A DNA stretch of 64,000 nt, from contig NC_057719.1 of the NCBI RefSeq assembly GCF_004010195.1, positions 59,224,164 through 59,288,163 of the forward strand, written 5' to 3'. Of the stretch, positions 11,990-25,410 are shown piece by piece (the first letter of the stretch is position 1; every line of letters starts with the position of its first letter). The notes under the pieces were generated by a model. That model was not told the origin of the DNA, searched no databases, and was given only the letters and a program-made list of their open reading frames with translations. Source of the DNA: Chiloscyllium plagiosum. Lineage: Eukaryota. The position numbers and the translations under genes were made by a program.

Positions 11990-13105
11990 TTTTATTCATT
12001 TGTGAGACCTGGGCATTGTTGGCTGGCCAGCAGTGATAGCCCATCCCTATTTGCCCTTGAGAAGGTGGTGGTGAGCTTCCTTCTTGAATCGCTGCAGTCC
12101 ACTTGCTGTGGGTTGGCCCACAATGTCGGTAGGGAAGGAATTCCAGGATTTTGACCCAACAACTGTGAAGAAAAGGCAGTATATTTCCAAGTCAGGGTGA
12201 TGAGTGGCTTGGAGGGGAACTTGTGGGTTGTGGTGTTCCCAAGTACCGGCTGCCCTTGTCCTTCTAGATTGAAGTGGTCGCGTGCTTGGAAGGTGCTGTC
12301 TAAGGATCTTTGGTGAATTCCTGCAGTGTATCTTGTAGATAGTACACACTGCTGCTACTGAGCGCCGGTGATGGAGGGATTGAATGTTTGTAGATGTGGC
12401 GCCAATCAAATGGGTTGCTTTGTCCTGGATGGTGTCAAGCTTCTTGACACTTGTTGGGGCTGCACCCAGCCAGGCAAATGGGGAGTATTCCATCACATCA
12501 CACTCCTGCTTTCTGCCTTAGAGATAGTGGATAGACTTTGGGTGCCGCAGTATTCCTAGTCTCTGAATTGCTTTTGTAGCCACTGTGTTTATGTGATGGG
12601 TTCAGTTGAGTTTCTGGTCCATGGTAACCCCCAAGGATGTTGACATTGGGGGATTCAGTGATGGTAATAATGTGGAATGTCAAGGGGCAGCAGTTAGAGT
12701 GCCTCTTATTGGTAATGGTCATTGTCTAGCATTTGTGTGGCGTGAATGTTACTTGCCACTTGTTGACCCAAGCCTGGACATTGTCCAGATCTTGCTGCAT
12801 TTGAGCATGAACAGCTTCAGTATCTGAGGAGTCGTGAATGGTGCTGAACACTGTACAATCATCAGTAAACATCCCCACTTCTGACTTTATGACAGAGGGA
12901 AGGTCATTGATGAAACAGCTGAAGATTGGTGGGCCGAGAACACTACCCTGAGGGACTCCTGGAGATGTCCTGGAGCAGAGCTGACTGACCCTCCACAACC
13001 ACAACTATCTTCCTTTGTGCCAGGTATGACAAACCAGTGGAGTGTTTGCCCCTGATACCCATTGATTCCAGTTTTGCCAAGGCTCCTTGATGCCATACTC
13101 AGTAA
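11990..13105 (-). mobile_element. CR1/L2-group LINE 3' fragment lying between the two Penelope parts
   Basis: [21 protein letters not shown]...GMFTDDCTVF and MEYSPFAWLGAAPTSVKKLDTIQDKA; same family as 49200-51560. Confidence 0.85.
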
Positions 13106-13880
13106 AATTCCTGCTCACCATCCAAGGGCCTAAACAGTCTTTCCTGGTGAAGCAGCATTTCACCTGTACCTCCTCCAATCTTGTGTATTGTATTCACTGC
13201 ACTCATTGTGGCCTATTCTACATTGGAGAAACCAAATGCAGACTGAGTGACTGCTTTGCAGTACACCTCTTGTCTGTGTGCAAACATGAAACCGACCTTC
13301 CCGTAGTTTAACAAAGTGTCCTGCTCACATCCTATATTGTTTGTCCTTGGCACGCTGCAGGGTTCCAGTGAATCACAGCACAAACTGGAGGAATAATATC
13401 TTCAAACTAGGCATTTTACAACCTTCATAAATGAGTTAAACACCTTCAAACTATGAACCTATTCCATCTCTTCCTTTTAGTTTTGCTTGTTACATTCTCT
13501 GTTACCAAGTCCCCTCTCACCTCACCCCACCCCAGTGGGAATGACTGTTGTTTCCAGTCTGGCAGGTAGACACATTCCTGATGAAGGGCGCATGCCCGAA
13601 ATGTCGACTCTCCTGCTCCTCGGATGTTACCTGACCTCCTGTCCTTTTCCAGCGTTACACTTTTTGACACCATTGCTCTGCCATTGTGACATTTGGATCA
13701 CATAATCTGAGCTATCAACATCATTTCTACCCCAGCATTCCAAGTCCCAACCCCCTCCCCCCCCAACTATTGCATAAATACTGCCCCTCCATACTTCACC
13801 GGCTCTGATAAAGTCATCTAGACTCAAAACATTAGCTTGCTCTCTCTCCAGGGATGCTCCCAGATCCATTGTGATCTCTA
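13106..13880 (+). mobile_element. Penelope-like element, GIY-YIG endonuclease portion and 3' end, with an embedded hammerhead-bearing insert (~13574-13670)
   Basis: IQGPKQSFLVKQHFTCTSSNLVYCIHCTHCGLFYIGETKCRLSDCF; CTGATGAAGGGCGCATGCCCGAAATGTC at 13578-13605. Confidence 0.85.
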
Positions 13881-14029
13881 GCATTTCTTGTTTTTAGTTC
13901 CTCCACCATCATCCTCCAACTTTTTTTGTCAAGCCAATTTTGTATTCAATTGGTCAACTGTCCCTGAATCCTTATCTCCTTTTCCAAGGAAAAGGAAACA
14001 GAAAGAATGAAACGTTATGTACGTAAATT

Positions 14030-14270
14030 AGAAACAAAAGCAGAGATTCCTGGAGACATTCTTGGCAGCATCTATGGAAAGAAATAGAATAAAAACTTGT
14101 CTTCTGTAAATACAAAGAGTGAGACAGCATCCGAGGAGTAGGAAAGCCAACATTTCGGCATAAGCCCCATTCCTGATGAAGAATTTATGACTAAAGCATC
14201 AACCGCCCTGCTCCTCGGATGCTGCCTGAGCTGCTGTGCTTTTCCAGCACATGTTTTGACTCTAGGTCTA
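14030..14270. mobile_element. Short inverted Penelope-end pair, decayed
   Basis: GCAGCATCC/CAGCATCCGAGGAG...CATTTCGG, then ATTCCTGATGAAG...CTCCTCGGATGCTGCC in the opposite orientation. Confidence 0.7.
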
Positions 14271-15174
14271 CGATTCTTTATTTTAGTCATAAATTAGAAC
14301 TCTCCACAAGACGATGAATAAAATGCATTAACAAGATATGTACACGTTCTTAGGTAATCAAAATCATCACATGCACACTTTCTTAAAAAGAAAACACTAG
14401 TTATTAGACAGGTAGCAAATTTATTGATATTTATGTATGAGACATCAACAAAAATACACAGTCTCTGTTTAAAGGAGTCAATGTTTATAGAAGAAGCTGA
14501 AAATACTAATATATAAAGTTTTCATTGAAAATTAAGTGACTGACTCTATTGATAATAGTCTTTAATATATTCAAAGTTCTTTTCAGGAGGCTTTTGAAGT
14601 TGAGATATTTGGGAATTGTATTCAGCATGCAGAAACACACAAGGTAAAGAGTCTGCTACTGATGACAGAGGGGATGAATATACAGAGCCAATCTGAATTA
14701 GAACATCAGAAATTAAAGTTTCAAAGTAAATCAGGAATAATGAAAACTTGCATAGTAAAATATCCCAAGGCATTTCATAGTGATGTTATCAAACAGCATT
14801 TTACACTAATACATAAAAGGAAATATTGGGAAAGGATGTACAAAATATGGGACAAAGAGATAGGTTTTGAGGAATGCATTAAATACAAAACAGAGTTAGG
14901 GAAGTAGAGAGATGTAGGACAGGAATTCCAGATGTTCGAAACTGACAGCATTCCCATCAATTCTGGAATATTTACTATTGGGGAAATTGGGGAATCATAG
15001 ATATGTAGAAGCAATACAGGACAAAGGGCAGATAAGAAGATGGAGGCCATGGTGAAATTTGTAAAAAAAATTTAAGCTGTTACTTAACCAGCAATTTATG
15101 CCAGTCAGGCTAGTCTGTTACAAATTCGGAATTGGGTAGCAAGGATTTAGATAACCTTATATTTAAAGAAACCT

Positions 15175-15367
15175 GGTGAAAGTGAGGACTGCGGATTCTG
15201 GAGAGTCACAGTCAAAAAGTGTGATGCTGGGAAAGCACAGCAGCTCAGGCAGCATCCAAGGAGCAGGGGAGTCAATGTTTTAGGCATAAACTCTTTATCA
15301 CAAATTTTCATTCCTGATGAAGGGCTTATGCTGAAATGTCGACTGTCCTACTCCTCGGATGCTGCCC
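15175..15367. mobile_element. Short inverted Penelope-end pair
   Basis: AAAGTGAGGACTGCGGATTCTGGAG...GGCAGCATCCAAGGAG, then ATTCCTGATGAAGGGCTTATGCTGAAATGTCGAC...CTCGGATGCTGCC. Confidence 0.72.
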
Positions 15368-17469
15368 CACTCTTTATATTTACAGAAGACAAAAGATGGA
15401 AAAGCACTTAGAGTCGTAGTCATACATGGAAAGGCACTCTTCAGTTCAACCCGTCCAAGCCAATTAAGTTTCCAAACTAAACTAGCCCCATTTGCCTGTA
15501 ATTGGCCCATATCCCTCTTACCTTGTACTTATCTAGAATGTGATTTAATCTTTCCAGTTGCTTCAGGAAAGACCAGTCTGACTAACTTGAATGCCCTGCC
15601 ATTGAAATCAAAATCCAACCCCCTCCATCAACAATGCATTATCTAAAGGATGTTTTTTGAAACTTACTAAACTCAAGCAGATGCTCCCTGACATCCATTT
15701 AACCTCAGCCATGATAGACAAGAGCAACACACAACTCCAAATTCCTCTTCCAGTGACACATCCTAATTGGAATATATACCACAACCATCATCCCTGGGTC
15801 ATCATTCTGTAACTTCCTATTCAGTATCTCATAGAAGGACAGACATTAAAAAGGCTGCAATGGTTTCATGAGAAATTCTGCTTCTAGGTCACCTAGAGAA
15901 GGGGGGTGGCGGGGAGCAGATGCAGCTAAGCCTGCAACATTCCCTGATAAATAATAAGTATTTCAGTTTGGAGAGTGGAAAAAGTTTTGAAGTCCGTGCA
16001 TAGTATCAAGACATGGTCCATGAGTGCAGGTAGCTACCAACAACAAAATGGCCTATCATGCAGAGAAACCACCTGCAGTGCCACAAGTATTTAATCACTC
16101 ACCAACTCAGACAAATAATATCACTATTTAATGACAAATTAAGGACCACTTTCATAACCAGTGCTGATTGCCAGTGAGTGCTGGCTGAATGAGAGGGCTG
16201 GCCATTGTGAAATGTACCCTTTCAAATTGCCATCTCCCACTGGTTTGCAGTAGTTTGAATGCTGCCCAATAATGCCCACGAACGACCCTTTTACAGCAGG
16301 AGATTTCCCCCACTGTTTCTTCATTCATATGCTTAAATGGATTTCCCTGAAACAAATCCTTCCCTGTATCTGAATTTTCCACAGACACATAATCATGCCA
16401 ACCATTAGCTTATTAGCAATAGACCTGTGTCTTCATAACTAGTTGTTACCTGTTGTATACTTCTTTATGATTGACGTCAGGACATAACCAGGGAGCGATC
16501 ATAGAAGGGATGAGACCCCTTATTGCCTCATTTAAAACAGCTGCTCTTATGGTTTTTGTATTTTAATTACTACTAAAAGGGATTGGTGAAACCAGTGATC
16601 TGATGCATCCCAATATAATCTGCCAATATAATCCAATACCACACACTCCTACACTCTCTTCCAAAAGAAATCCTGCCACCACACTTTGTAGGTATATTAA
16701 CCTAGGAAGCTTTAAACAAATGCTGACAGATATTGCTACCATAATTAAACTGCTGTCAGAGCTCCACAGAGCTGATGCCAAATAGCTCAAGGGGAGTTAC
16801 ACTTGATGCACTAATTAGTGTTAACTCTTATGGTTCAAATGAAAGACATGCACTTCACTACCAGAGCAATTTTTAGCATCGTTTTGATCTCTGTCTAATT
16901 GCTGCATATTTTAAGTTAGTTGCCTCTTCAAAGCACTCTTCTTTGTTCCCCTTCAATCCTCTGCTTCCTGCAGATTAGTTGTTTCTTTCCTTGCAGGAAG
17001 CGCCTTGTACCAGCTGTGGGGTCAAAGCTTGAGTAAGAATGAAGATGAGAGATGGGAGAAGCGGGAGAGGGAGTACTGCACTATCAATAGGGAATGGTTC
17101 AAAAGTGATTGCTCAGATTCTTTTGCAAATTCTGTCTGCACAGCGAGAGAGGCATTTTCCTTGGAAGATGTAACAGGCTTTAAGAATTCTTGAAAGACTT
17201 CTTGGAACTTATCTTGTAACTCTTTCTTGGCATCTCAGATTCTTGAATTCTTCATGCAGCATGTGCTAAATTCTTCATGTGCTAAATATGTTTATTGTGA
17301 ATATTGTCACTAACGTGTAATTATATGTACCAATGTTCCTCAGCGTAATGACGTATTTTTGGGAAAACAAGAGAATGCTAAAATAGTTCTGAACACTAGC
17401 TTGGAGTGATATTTCAATTTGTGGAGGTACAAAATAGACATTAGCAATTCAGCTATTAAGCCAAGAGGG

Positions 17470-17790
17470 AGAGGTGGGGGAGGTTATGGCAATGTGATAA
17501 CCGGTTTGGTAATTCAGAACCCAGGCTAATGTTCTAGGGGCATGGTTTGAATCCCACCATGGCAAATAGTGAAATTTGAATTCAATAATCAGAATAAAAG
17601 GTAGCCCAATGGTGACAACATAATCATTGTTACAAAAATCCACCCAGTCCACTAATATTCTTTCGAGAAGGAAATCTGCCTACATACAACTCCAGCTCCA
17701 CAACAATATGGCTGTGAACTGGGCAATTAGGGAGGGCCAATAAACACTGACCTAACCAGTGATGCATATATCTCAGTATGAGAATAGGAA
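17470..17790 (+). mobile_element. Decayed tRNA-derived SINE (second family)
   Basis: Head with GGTTTGAATCCCACCATGGC, core GGAAATCTGCC, tail GGGCAATTAGGGAGGGCCAATAAA. Similar copies at ~56240-56590 (+) and ~63810-64000 (-). Confidence 0.6.
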
Positions 17791-18509
17791 AAATCAATGG
17801 GAAGGAAAATACAGGAGGTATATGGACAAGCAACATATGGTCACCCATTTTTCAATATCTCTTTAACCACACCAGGTTCAAATTCACTTCCAATGAATGT
17901 AAAATTATAAAAATCTTACAGAAGGTTACAAACTTTCATCTCCACTTTGTGACTTGAATCTACATCCATGAATAAAACATACAGGAATTCTTAACCTCTC
18001 AACTCATTTATTTAAATCATACCGAAAAAAAACCAGAAGAGATCAAATCCTTACTGGGAAATCAACTACATTTAAACGAACAGTTAGGGAAGATCCAAAT
18101 ATCCACACTTCGATAGAAATCATGGTCATGAATAAATTGTATGTTTTAAACTTGCTGCTAGTGCTGTCTGATTTTCCCTGAAAGAAAGTGCCTTCTGTGA
18201 TCTGATGACAATCGTGAAGAGGAGTAGCTGAGGCAAATATGTTTTTACAAATTTCAGGAGACGAAGAATTAAGGAAACATGATTAGCACATTAACCTGGT
18301 TCTTTCTTGTGACAATATACAATACATTGTGTTGTCATTTAGTCTGCGTTTTCTCATGAAAAGATTAGTAAAAAAAACCTGAAGAATATTACTAAGTGTA
18401 GAACATATAACGCTGAATATGAATATTGAAATCTGAAGAAAATTACTAAATAAGCAAAGGTCAAGAAGAGGAAAGGCAATAAATACAATAGCTAGCACTT
18501 GAGAAAAAT

Positions 18510-19170
18510 GGCTATGGAAATTGATGGGGTTAAAGACTGATAAGTTCTCTGGACTGATAGGCTGCATCCTAGGATATTGAAATAAGTAGCTACAGAGATA
18601 ATTGATGCACAGATAGCAAACCCCCAAAATCCATAGGTTCTGAAAAAGTCCCAAATGATTGGAAAACTGCCAGTTTCACACTTTTATTTTTAAAATGGTG
18701 ATAAAATTGGGTAACTATCAATAAATCAGTTTAATTTCTGGTATTGGGAAAATGTTCCAGCCTATGATAAATGATGCAATAGCAGAGCATTTTGAAAAAT
18801 TTATGATCAAGCAGAGGATGGCTTCCTGAAGGGTAAATCAAGTCTGCCAAATCTACTAGAATTCTTTGAGGAGGTGACAAACAGAATAAAGGAAAAACAG
18901 TGCATGTAATATATTTGGATTTTTGAAAGGCTACCACACAAAATGCTACTTAATAAGATAAGAGCCTATGGTGTTGGAGATAATGTATGAGCATGGATAG
19001 AGGATTGGCTAACTAAAAAAAGACAGAGAGCTGGGATAAAGGATGCATTTCCAGGAAAGGCAACCCATAACTACTGGAGTGCCACAGGGATCAGTGCTGG
19101 GGCCACAATTGTTTACGATGTATATTGAGCAAAGTAAATGCAGGATAGTCAAGTTTGCAGAGCACATAAA
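18510..19170 (+). mobile_element. Old CR1 LINE RT fragment
   Basis: Decayed motifs [44 protein letters not shown]. Confidence 0.8.
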
Positions 19171-19399
19171 CATTGTTTTAACCTTTAATTTTTACTTAAA
19201 TTTAAGTTAAGGAATTTAAAAACACATTACCTTCTATTATAACAACCCATGTTAAGGATCAAAGGGTTTCAACCGCTACCCAGACAGCAGTAATGATCAA
19301 CAACTATATGCTCAGCCACGAAACTAAACCTTTGTTACCTTCATTTGCATAAATTCAAAAGTGATAGAAGATGAGAGTGTGGAAGGAAGGCAAGTAACC

Positions 19400-20100
19400 A
19401 GGGTAAAGAATGGATAGCTGTAAATGTCCCATAATCCCCTCCTCAGAGCAGAAGGTAGAATGCTGAGGGCAGATGTGAAAATCAGAAGCCAAATTAATTC
19501 CAATGTGGGCCACATTTGTTTAGAATACTGGAAGTTGCAAGGGAAACCCCCAATGTTAAATGAAGCTTGTAAAAGCCAAAAAGGAAAGTCAAAAGCTGGG
19601 TCTGAAATTCAGATAAATTGAGGAACTTTACATACTTTATAAAACATGTAACCTTTGAGATAACTCGACTAATAAAAGGGCTCAATTTCTAACATGCTAC
19701 ATCAGTGAGTCATAACAGGAGTTTATCTATACAATTTTGTGGTATGCATTAGCACCAGAGAAAAACATGACAGACAAGTAAAAGAACTGTTTAAACAATT
19801 ACAGTTGGTTGACTTAGCAATATGTTTAGCCAAAAGTGAATTTGGTAAAGTAGGTGTAACTTATCTAGGACATATTGTAGAGCAAGGACAGAAAATGTGA
19901 ATGCTCCTGTTCCTAAAACTATATAAGAAATCATGAAACTTTTAGAAATGTGTAGGTTTTACTGGAAATGTGTGCATAATTTCAGTATCATAGCTGTACA
20001 TTTAACAATTTTGTTAAATAAACAAGCAAAAGTGGTATGATCAGCAGAATGCCAAGAAGCATTCGAGAAGCTGAAGGCAATCCTAATAAATGTACCAATG
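19400..20100 (+). mobile_element. Gypsy/Ty3 LTR-retrotransposon internal remnant (gag knuckle remnant plus RT C-terminal part)
   Basis: ~19765-19890 translates as HDRQVKELFKQLQLVDLAICLAKSEFGKVGVTYLGHIVEQGQ, then MCRFYWKCVHNFSIIAVHLTILLNK...ECQEAFEKLKAIL. An upstream GHICLEYWKLQGKP resembles a decayed knuckle. Confidence 0.78.
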
Positions 20101-21209
20101 TTTTTCCAGATCATTATAGAGGGCTCAGTGTTAGGTCTTACTCCTTCGAGATATAAAGCTGTTTTCCTCCCTAAGTCCATGGAATATCAACATATTGGTT
20201 AGTGCTTCATTCACCCCTCAGCATTAACCCTTTCAGATTCTGATACCTATATACATCACATGACACATCTTTGTTCGCCGTGTTTCTGCCCAATAGCAAT
20301 AAAGGATGGAACTATGTGATAGTGAAATTATAAGAAAGCCTGGTGAATGATTTTTCCTTTTGTGTTTCTCAGTTTAAAGAAAAAGATATGGACATTCAGT
20401 ATTAAAGACATTTAATGTATACAAAACATTGTCTTTTCCATTTACTTAGAATAAAGTAGTATTAACCATTTTTCATATGTTAAACAATTATCCGCTCAGT
20501 TTAAAAATTCCTTACTGATAACACTTGCATCCTTTAAGCAACACACCTGCCCGTATCACAGGCAACACGCCCTATGTTACCTCAAGCCAACTCCTCATTA
20601 ATATATTAATATGAAGATCCCACCCCCATGGACATGATATGTTGGGAGGAAATTAAGTTCAAAGGATAGTATGTCTGACTTTAGTTCCTCTTAAAGCAAT
20701 ATGGGTTGAAACTACACTGCCACTGGATAAAAGGGCACCTGCTTAGAGCTAGAGCACAAACAGGAGCTAATCTTTGCAGCAAACTATTTTCGGAAGTTGT
20801 GTGAACAATATTTGAGTCCACTTCTTTGTGAAGATGAGTGCCAACACAATATGGATGTCTCTTGCTTGAACTTGGAAGCAAGTTTGCTATCTCAGGAAGG
20901 TTACCCAGACATCTGTTGTTGAATAATGTAAGAAAAACAACTAGATTAATTTTGGTTTGAACACTGGAGCATGGAGCATGAGCTGAGACATTTCATGATA
21001 AAAGTATATAAACCATTGGTTAGGCCACAGGGAAGAATATCATAAGCAGTGTAGTTTTACCATTGTTGATGCCAGGATTGGGAAGTTAGAGTTGTAACAA
21101 GTGTACATGGAGAATAATTTCACTGCAATTGGAAAGTCTAAAAAAACTATAGGTTGTTTCTAAAGTGTTTCAAAAAGCAATTGAGAAAGGCTCTTTTTCT
21201 CTAGTTTAT

Positions 21210-22230
21210 CACCTTCAAGCACTCATTCGATGTCCTTCTGAAATTATTAACTGTTATCACATCCACACCCTCATCAACAGTGAGTTCCAGGTCATATTGC
21301 TCACTATATTAAAAGTGTTTTCCCTCACATTCCCCCTTCCTAAATCATTAAATTTATATCCCTTAGTCCTTGTAACACCAGCTAATGAGATCAGTTTTAT
21401 ACATCCTATCCAGCCATAATCTTATAGACTTCCATTAACTTTCTCAATTTCCTTTGCTCAAGAAGAACAGACCAACATGACCTTATCGCTAAAATTCCTC
21501 ATTCCTGGAACTATTCTGGTAAATCTCTGCTGTACCTTCTAATTTCCTACATTGCATCCAGTTCTGGTTATTACAATGTTTTACTTGGGACCTAACTAAC
21601 CTCTATAATGGCTCAGTGTACCTTCCCTGCTTCTTTACACAATGCCTCTATGTAACCCACGATCACACATGCTTTGCTAATCATATTCTCAATATGTCCT
21701 TCAACCTTCAAAGATTGATGCAAGTGCACTCCCAGGTCCCCTTGCTCTGCGTACTCTGAAACCATGACTTTCCATATAGCTTCTTCCAAAATACCTAATC
21801 TCAACCCCGTCTGGATTAAATTCCATCTACCACATGTCTGTCTATTTTGCTAACTTCTGTCCCCTTGCAGGTGTTCCATAAAATCCTTGTTGTTTGTCAA
21901 CTCCCCAGGTTTGGTATCCAAAGCAAGTTTTGAAAATCTAAACCTAATCCCATGATACAAGTTATTCATTAAAGCAAAAAGAAAATCCAGCAGTGAGCGT
22001 CCAGGAACATCAGGTCTACCATCTTCTGCTACGAAAAACAACATTTCTCAGCACACACTGTTTCCTACATTCCAGCCAATTGGTTTTTGTCTAATAGAAC
22101 ACTGGTCTTCCTATTCCATGAGCCTATTTTTTTTTAAACAGAATTTTTATGTTGTACCATGTCAAATATTTTCTGAAAATCTCTATAACTAACCTTTAAT
22201 GCATTCCTTTCCTCAATTTTCTCAGATCCT
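21210..22230 (-). mobile_element. Highly decayed CR1 LINE 3' region
   Basis: EQGDLGVHLHQSLKVEGHIE and FSKLALDTKPG remnants. Confidence 0.65.
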
Positions 22231-25200
22231 TCATCAAAAACAATATCACTGCACAAGGAGGATTAGGGTTAGGGTTAGAGTTAACATCTTAACATCTATT
22301 TTAACATCTTAGCAACTTTTCTCAGATTAATTAAGATTTAATCTCTTCTTTCCCTCTCTTGATCTTGCTTTGGAACTCTAAATCCATTCGGTACATGGCT
22401 ATTTCTCTATCTCTTTGGATTTTAGGAAATGCTGTTTTGCCGGGTTTTGTTTCCAAGTATGCTTCCTCCACTTGGTTCAACATCAAAGTGTTGTTTGGCA
22501 GGCCTGGTCAGGGTAATATGGTCACCCATTGGAATATGTATAGTAATGAAATTAGCTTGCCTGATCCAGCATTAAAGTGATGCCCTAAGTTAGCAAAATG
22601 ATAGCTTTGAGAAGGAGTTATCTCAATGTAACAGGGTTTACTTTGAATGAAGAATCTTACAAATTAATATACAGGGAGTTTTGTACAAACAGCAGCTGCA
22701 AAGGTCTGTGAGAGACAGTTTGATAAGAAATGTCTAAGGACAGCCTGAAGTTTGTAGCGAGCATTAAAGAGAAAAGTAGGAGCTCACAATAACAGACACA
22801 GATGATAAGGGTGGGATTATGTAAAAATCTAGGGGATCAGACAAGTTCATCGAGCTGTGAAAGTGATTGAGTTTTAGTTTTATCAAGACTTATTAGGTAA
22901 AAAGAGTTAATCAGAGTAAGGACAGTAAATTTAATCTCAGAAGACAGTATGTGACTAGAATGAATTATAATGCAGCTGCAAGATAGAGGGGCAGTGTATA
23001 ACTGAGCCTCCAAGATCAGGTGGGACCAAAACTGCTCACAACTCATTAGCTAAGGAATACTATTAGTAGGTGCAAATATAAACTAACTTCATAGCAGAAT
23101 ATTATTATGAATCTTATAGCAGTTAGTAAGAACTAACATACTTTTGAATCTCCTATAATTATAAGATGAGTATTAGAATTTGATAGAGATAGCAATGAAT
23201 AAAATGACTAACAGAATTCGAGCACCCCTTAGAAATAAACAAGTCTGGGAAATGTCTGAAAAAGAGTATAACGATTAACTTTGTAACGTGAATTAATGGG
23301 TTACATTGTAAGATCCCAAGGGCTGATGATTACAATGCCTGGTAAACATCATGAGATCATGGGGAACCTAGTGATGTCCAGAGGAGAGTCCATCATTGTA
23401 TCCAATTCTATGGAACACCTAATCAAAGATTACAGGGGAAGGAACAGTGACAATGTTATATTTAATTATTATAATAGGAAACATATAAAAATGCAATATC
23501 CCATTGGGGAAATCAGAGTGTTATTGATCTCTCTCTGATCTGAGCTGGAATTAAGAGGGTGCCTGGGCCCTCATAAAGGTCAGATTCAGAGTGGTCGCTG
23601 GCCTGTCCCACACATGTGGTAAAGAGCTTGAATAAAGATTGATTATCCTTCTGAACACAGTACTCAGGCTGGTCTTTGACATCTCTCCCCAGCGGTGATG
23701 AGCTAGAATTTGGATGATTTCTGCCTTTTTGTTACAGGTCTTAACATTTACACCAACCTGCTAGAGTATGGCTCTTAGTTCTCCAATATTTAATACCTTT
23801 AATGCAGTTATAAACCAACGTCAACAACTGACCTTGTAACAAATTTAGGCAGCTTCAATACTTAACATTGTGAAACTACAAGAAAGTCTGTTGAATGACT
23901 TTTCCTTTTATATTTCTCAGTCCTGATAATAAATTTTCACCTCCCATCTCCAATTTAATCATCCAATGGTTTCCAATTCTAGACTTGAGATTCTAACCTG
24001 TCACAAGCAGGTGATAGTAGAGTGGGACAACATTTCCCTTTTCCTCAATTTTTCATTGTCTGCACCAAGATATATATTTTTAATGGAGTGTTTCAAAATT
24101 ATTCAGTATGGTGCCTTCAAAGATTGGACATGACAATCTTCCTGATAAGTTTAAATCAAAAGGAGATAAATATTCACTTACACAACACTTGAAAAGTAAA
24201 TACAATGAAACAACTCTCAAACCAAAATATGCTTACATATCAAAGGACAAGTTCTCATGATGAAGTATGTGCTCACTTCCAAAGATTTAAAGAGCAGAAG
24301 TATAAATGCCTTGACAATTCCTCTTGACACTTTAGATGGTCCCAATGGTCATGACTGTTCCATAGGCTCAAACGATTTTTAAAATCTAAGTTCATGTCTA
24401 CTTTTGGTAAACCCAAAAGGCTTATGACCTGCATACATGGTGCCCCAGGAACATTTCCGAAGGGGCACCATACCTCTCCAAATTGGTATCTTGGCTGTCC
24501 AATCAATTGCACTAAATACTGACCAGTCCCTACAAGGTCTAATCTGCATACTAAGTCTGGGCCACATACGTCAATAAAACCACACACAAGTGGAGGCAGC
24601 TGCTGGTTTCTATGGAGAGCTGCTCATGAACACATACGTACAAGATGTGATGCTGCCCCATTCTCATTCCCTGTGAAAATGAGAGGTGCCACGTTCAGGG
24701 GCACCCTTCTGATGTTTTCCACATCCGCCACTTTCACCACATTATGATCAAAGTCCCCAAATTAGAGCCATCAGCAGAATCCTTGATGTCCAACCTTTTA
24801 AAAACTCCTTTCCTAATTCTTAAAAATTTGACTGTAGGATCCAAATACTTGCCCTGCCTCTGCCAGTGCCATCAAAGTGCATTGCAGCTTTTGACTTTCT
24901 TTCATGATGTCCTTTACCCAGGAACCAGAGAACCAACACACATTATGTTGGATTCACAATGATTCTTACAGGAATTCCCATCTGTCAGCCTGACTGTGGA
25001 ATCATCCATGAGAACTGCTTTGCTACGCTCTGCTATTTCCTTCTCAAGTAGTCACATCTCCATTAGTGCCCCATTCTCCTTCAAGGATTTGTCATTTCAA
25101 GCCATTTCAAATACTGGGTACCTGTTTGAGAAGAACATGCAATCCAAAGAATCCTGTCACAACTGCTTATTCTATTAGTCCTGATATCAACCCATCAACT

Positions 25201-25360
25201 ATACTGACCTCACTGCCTGAAGGGTGACCATCTTCCACAACAATTGATCCAGAAAACACACACACTGCCTTATGCACTGCAATTCGTCTAACTGCCCCTC
25301 AAGCTTGGAACTTCATCAGCTCAAGCTGAAGAAAGTCACATTTCTTGAACATATGTGGTG

Positions 25361-25410
25361 TGTCTGTCTGTCTGTCTGTCACTCTCTCTCATACACACAC
25401 ACACACACAC
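25361..25410. repeat. Compound microsatellite (TCTG)n/(CT)n/(CA)n
   Basis: Directly visible. Confidence 0.9.

Noticed and set aside
22260..22283. Interstitial telomeric repeat (TTAGGG)2 plus variant
   Set aside because: Too short to distinguish from chance or a simple repeat.
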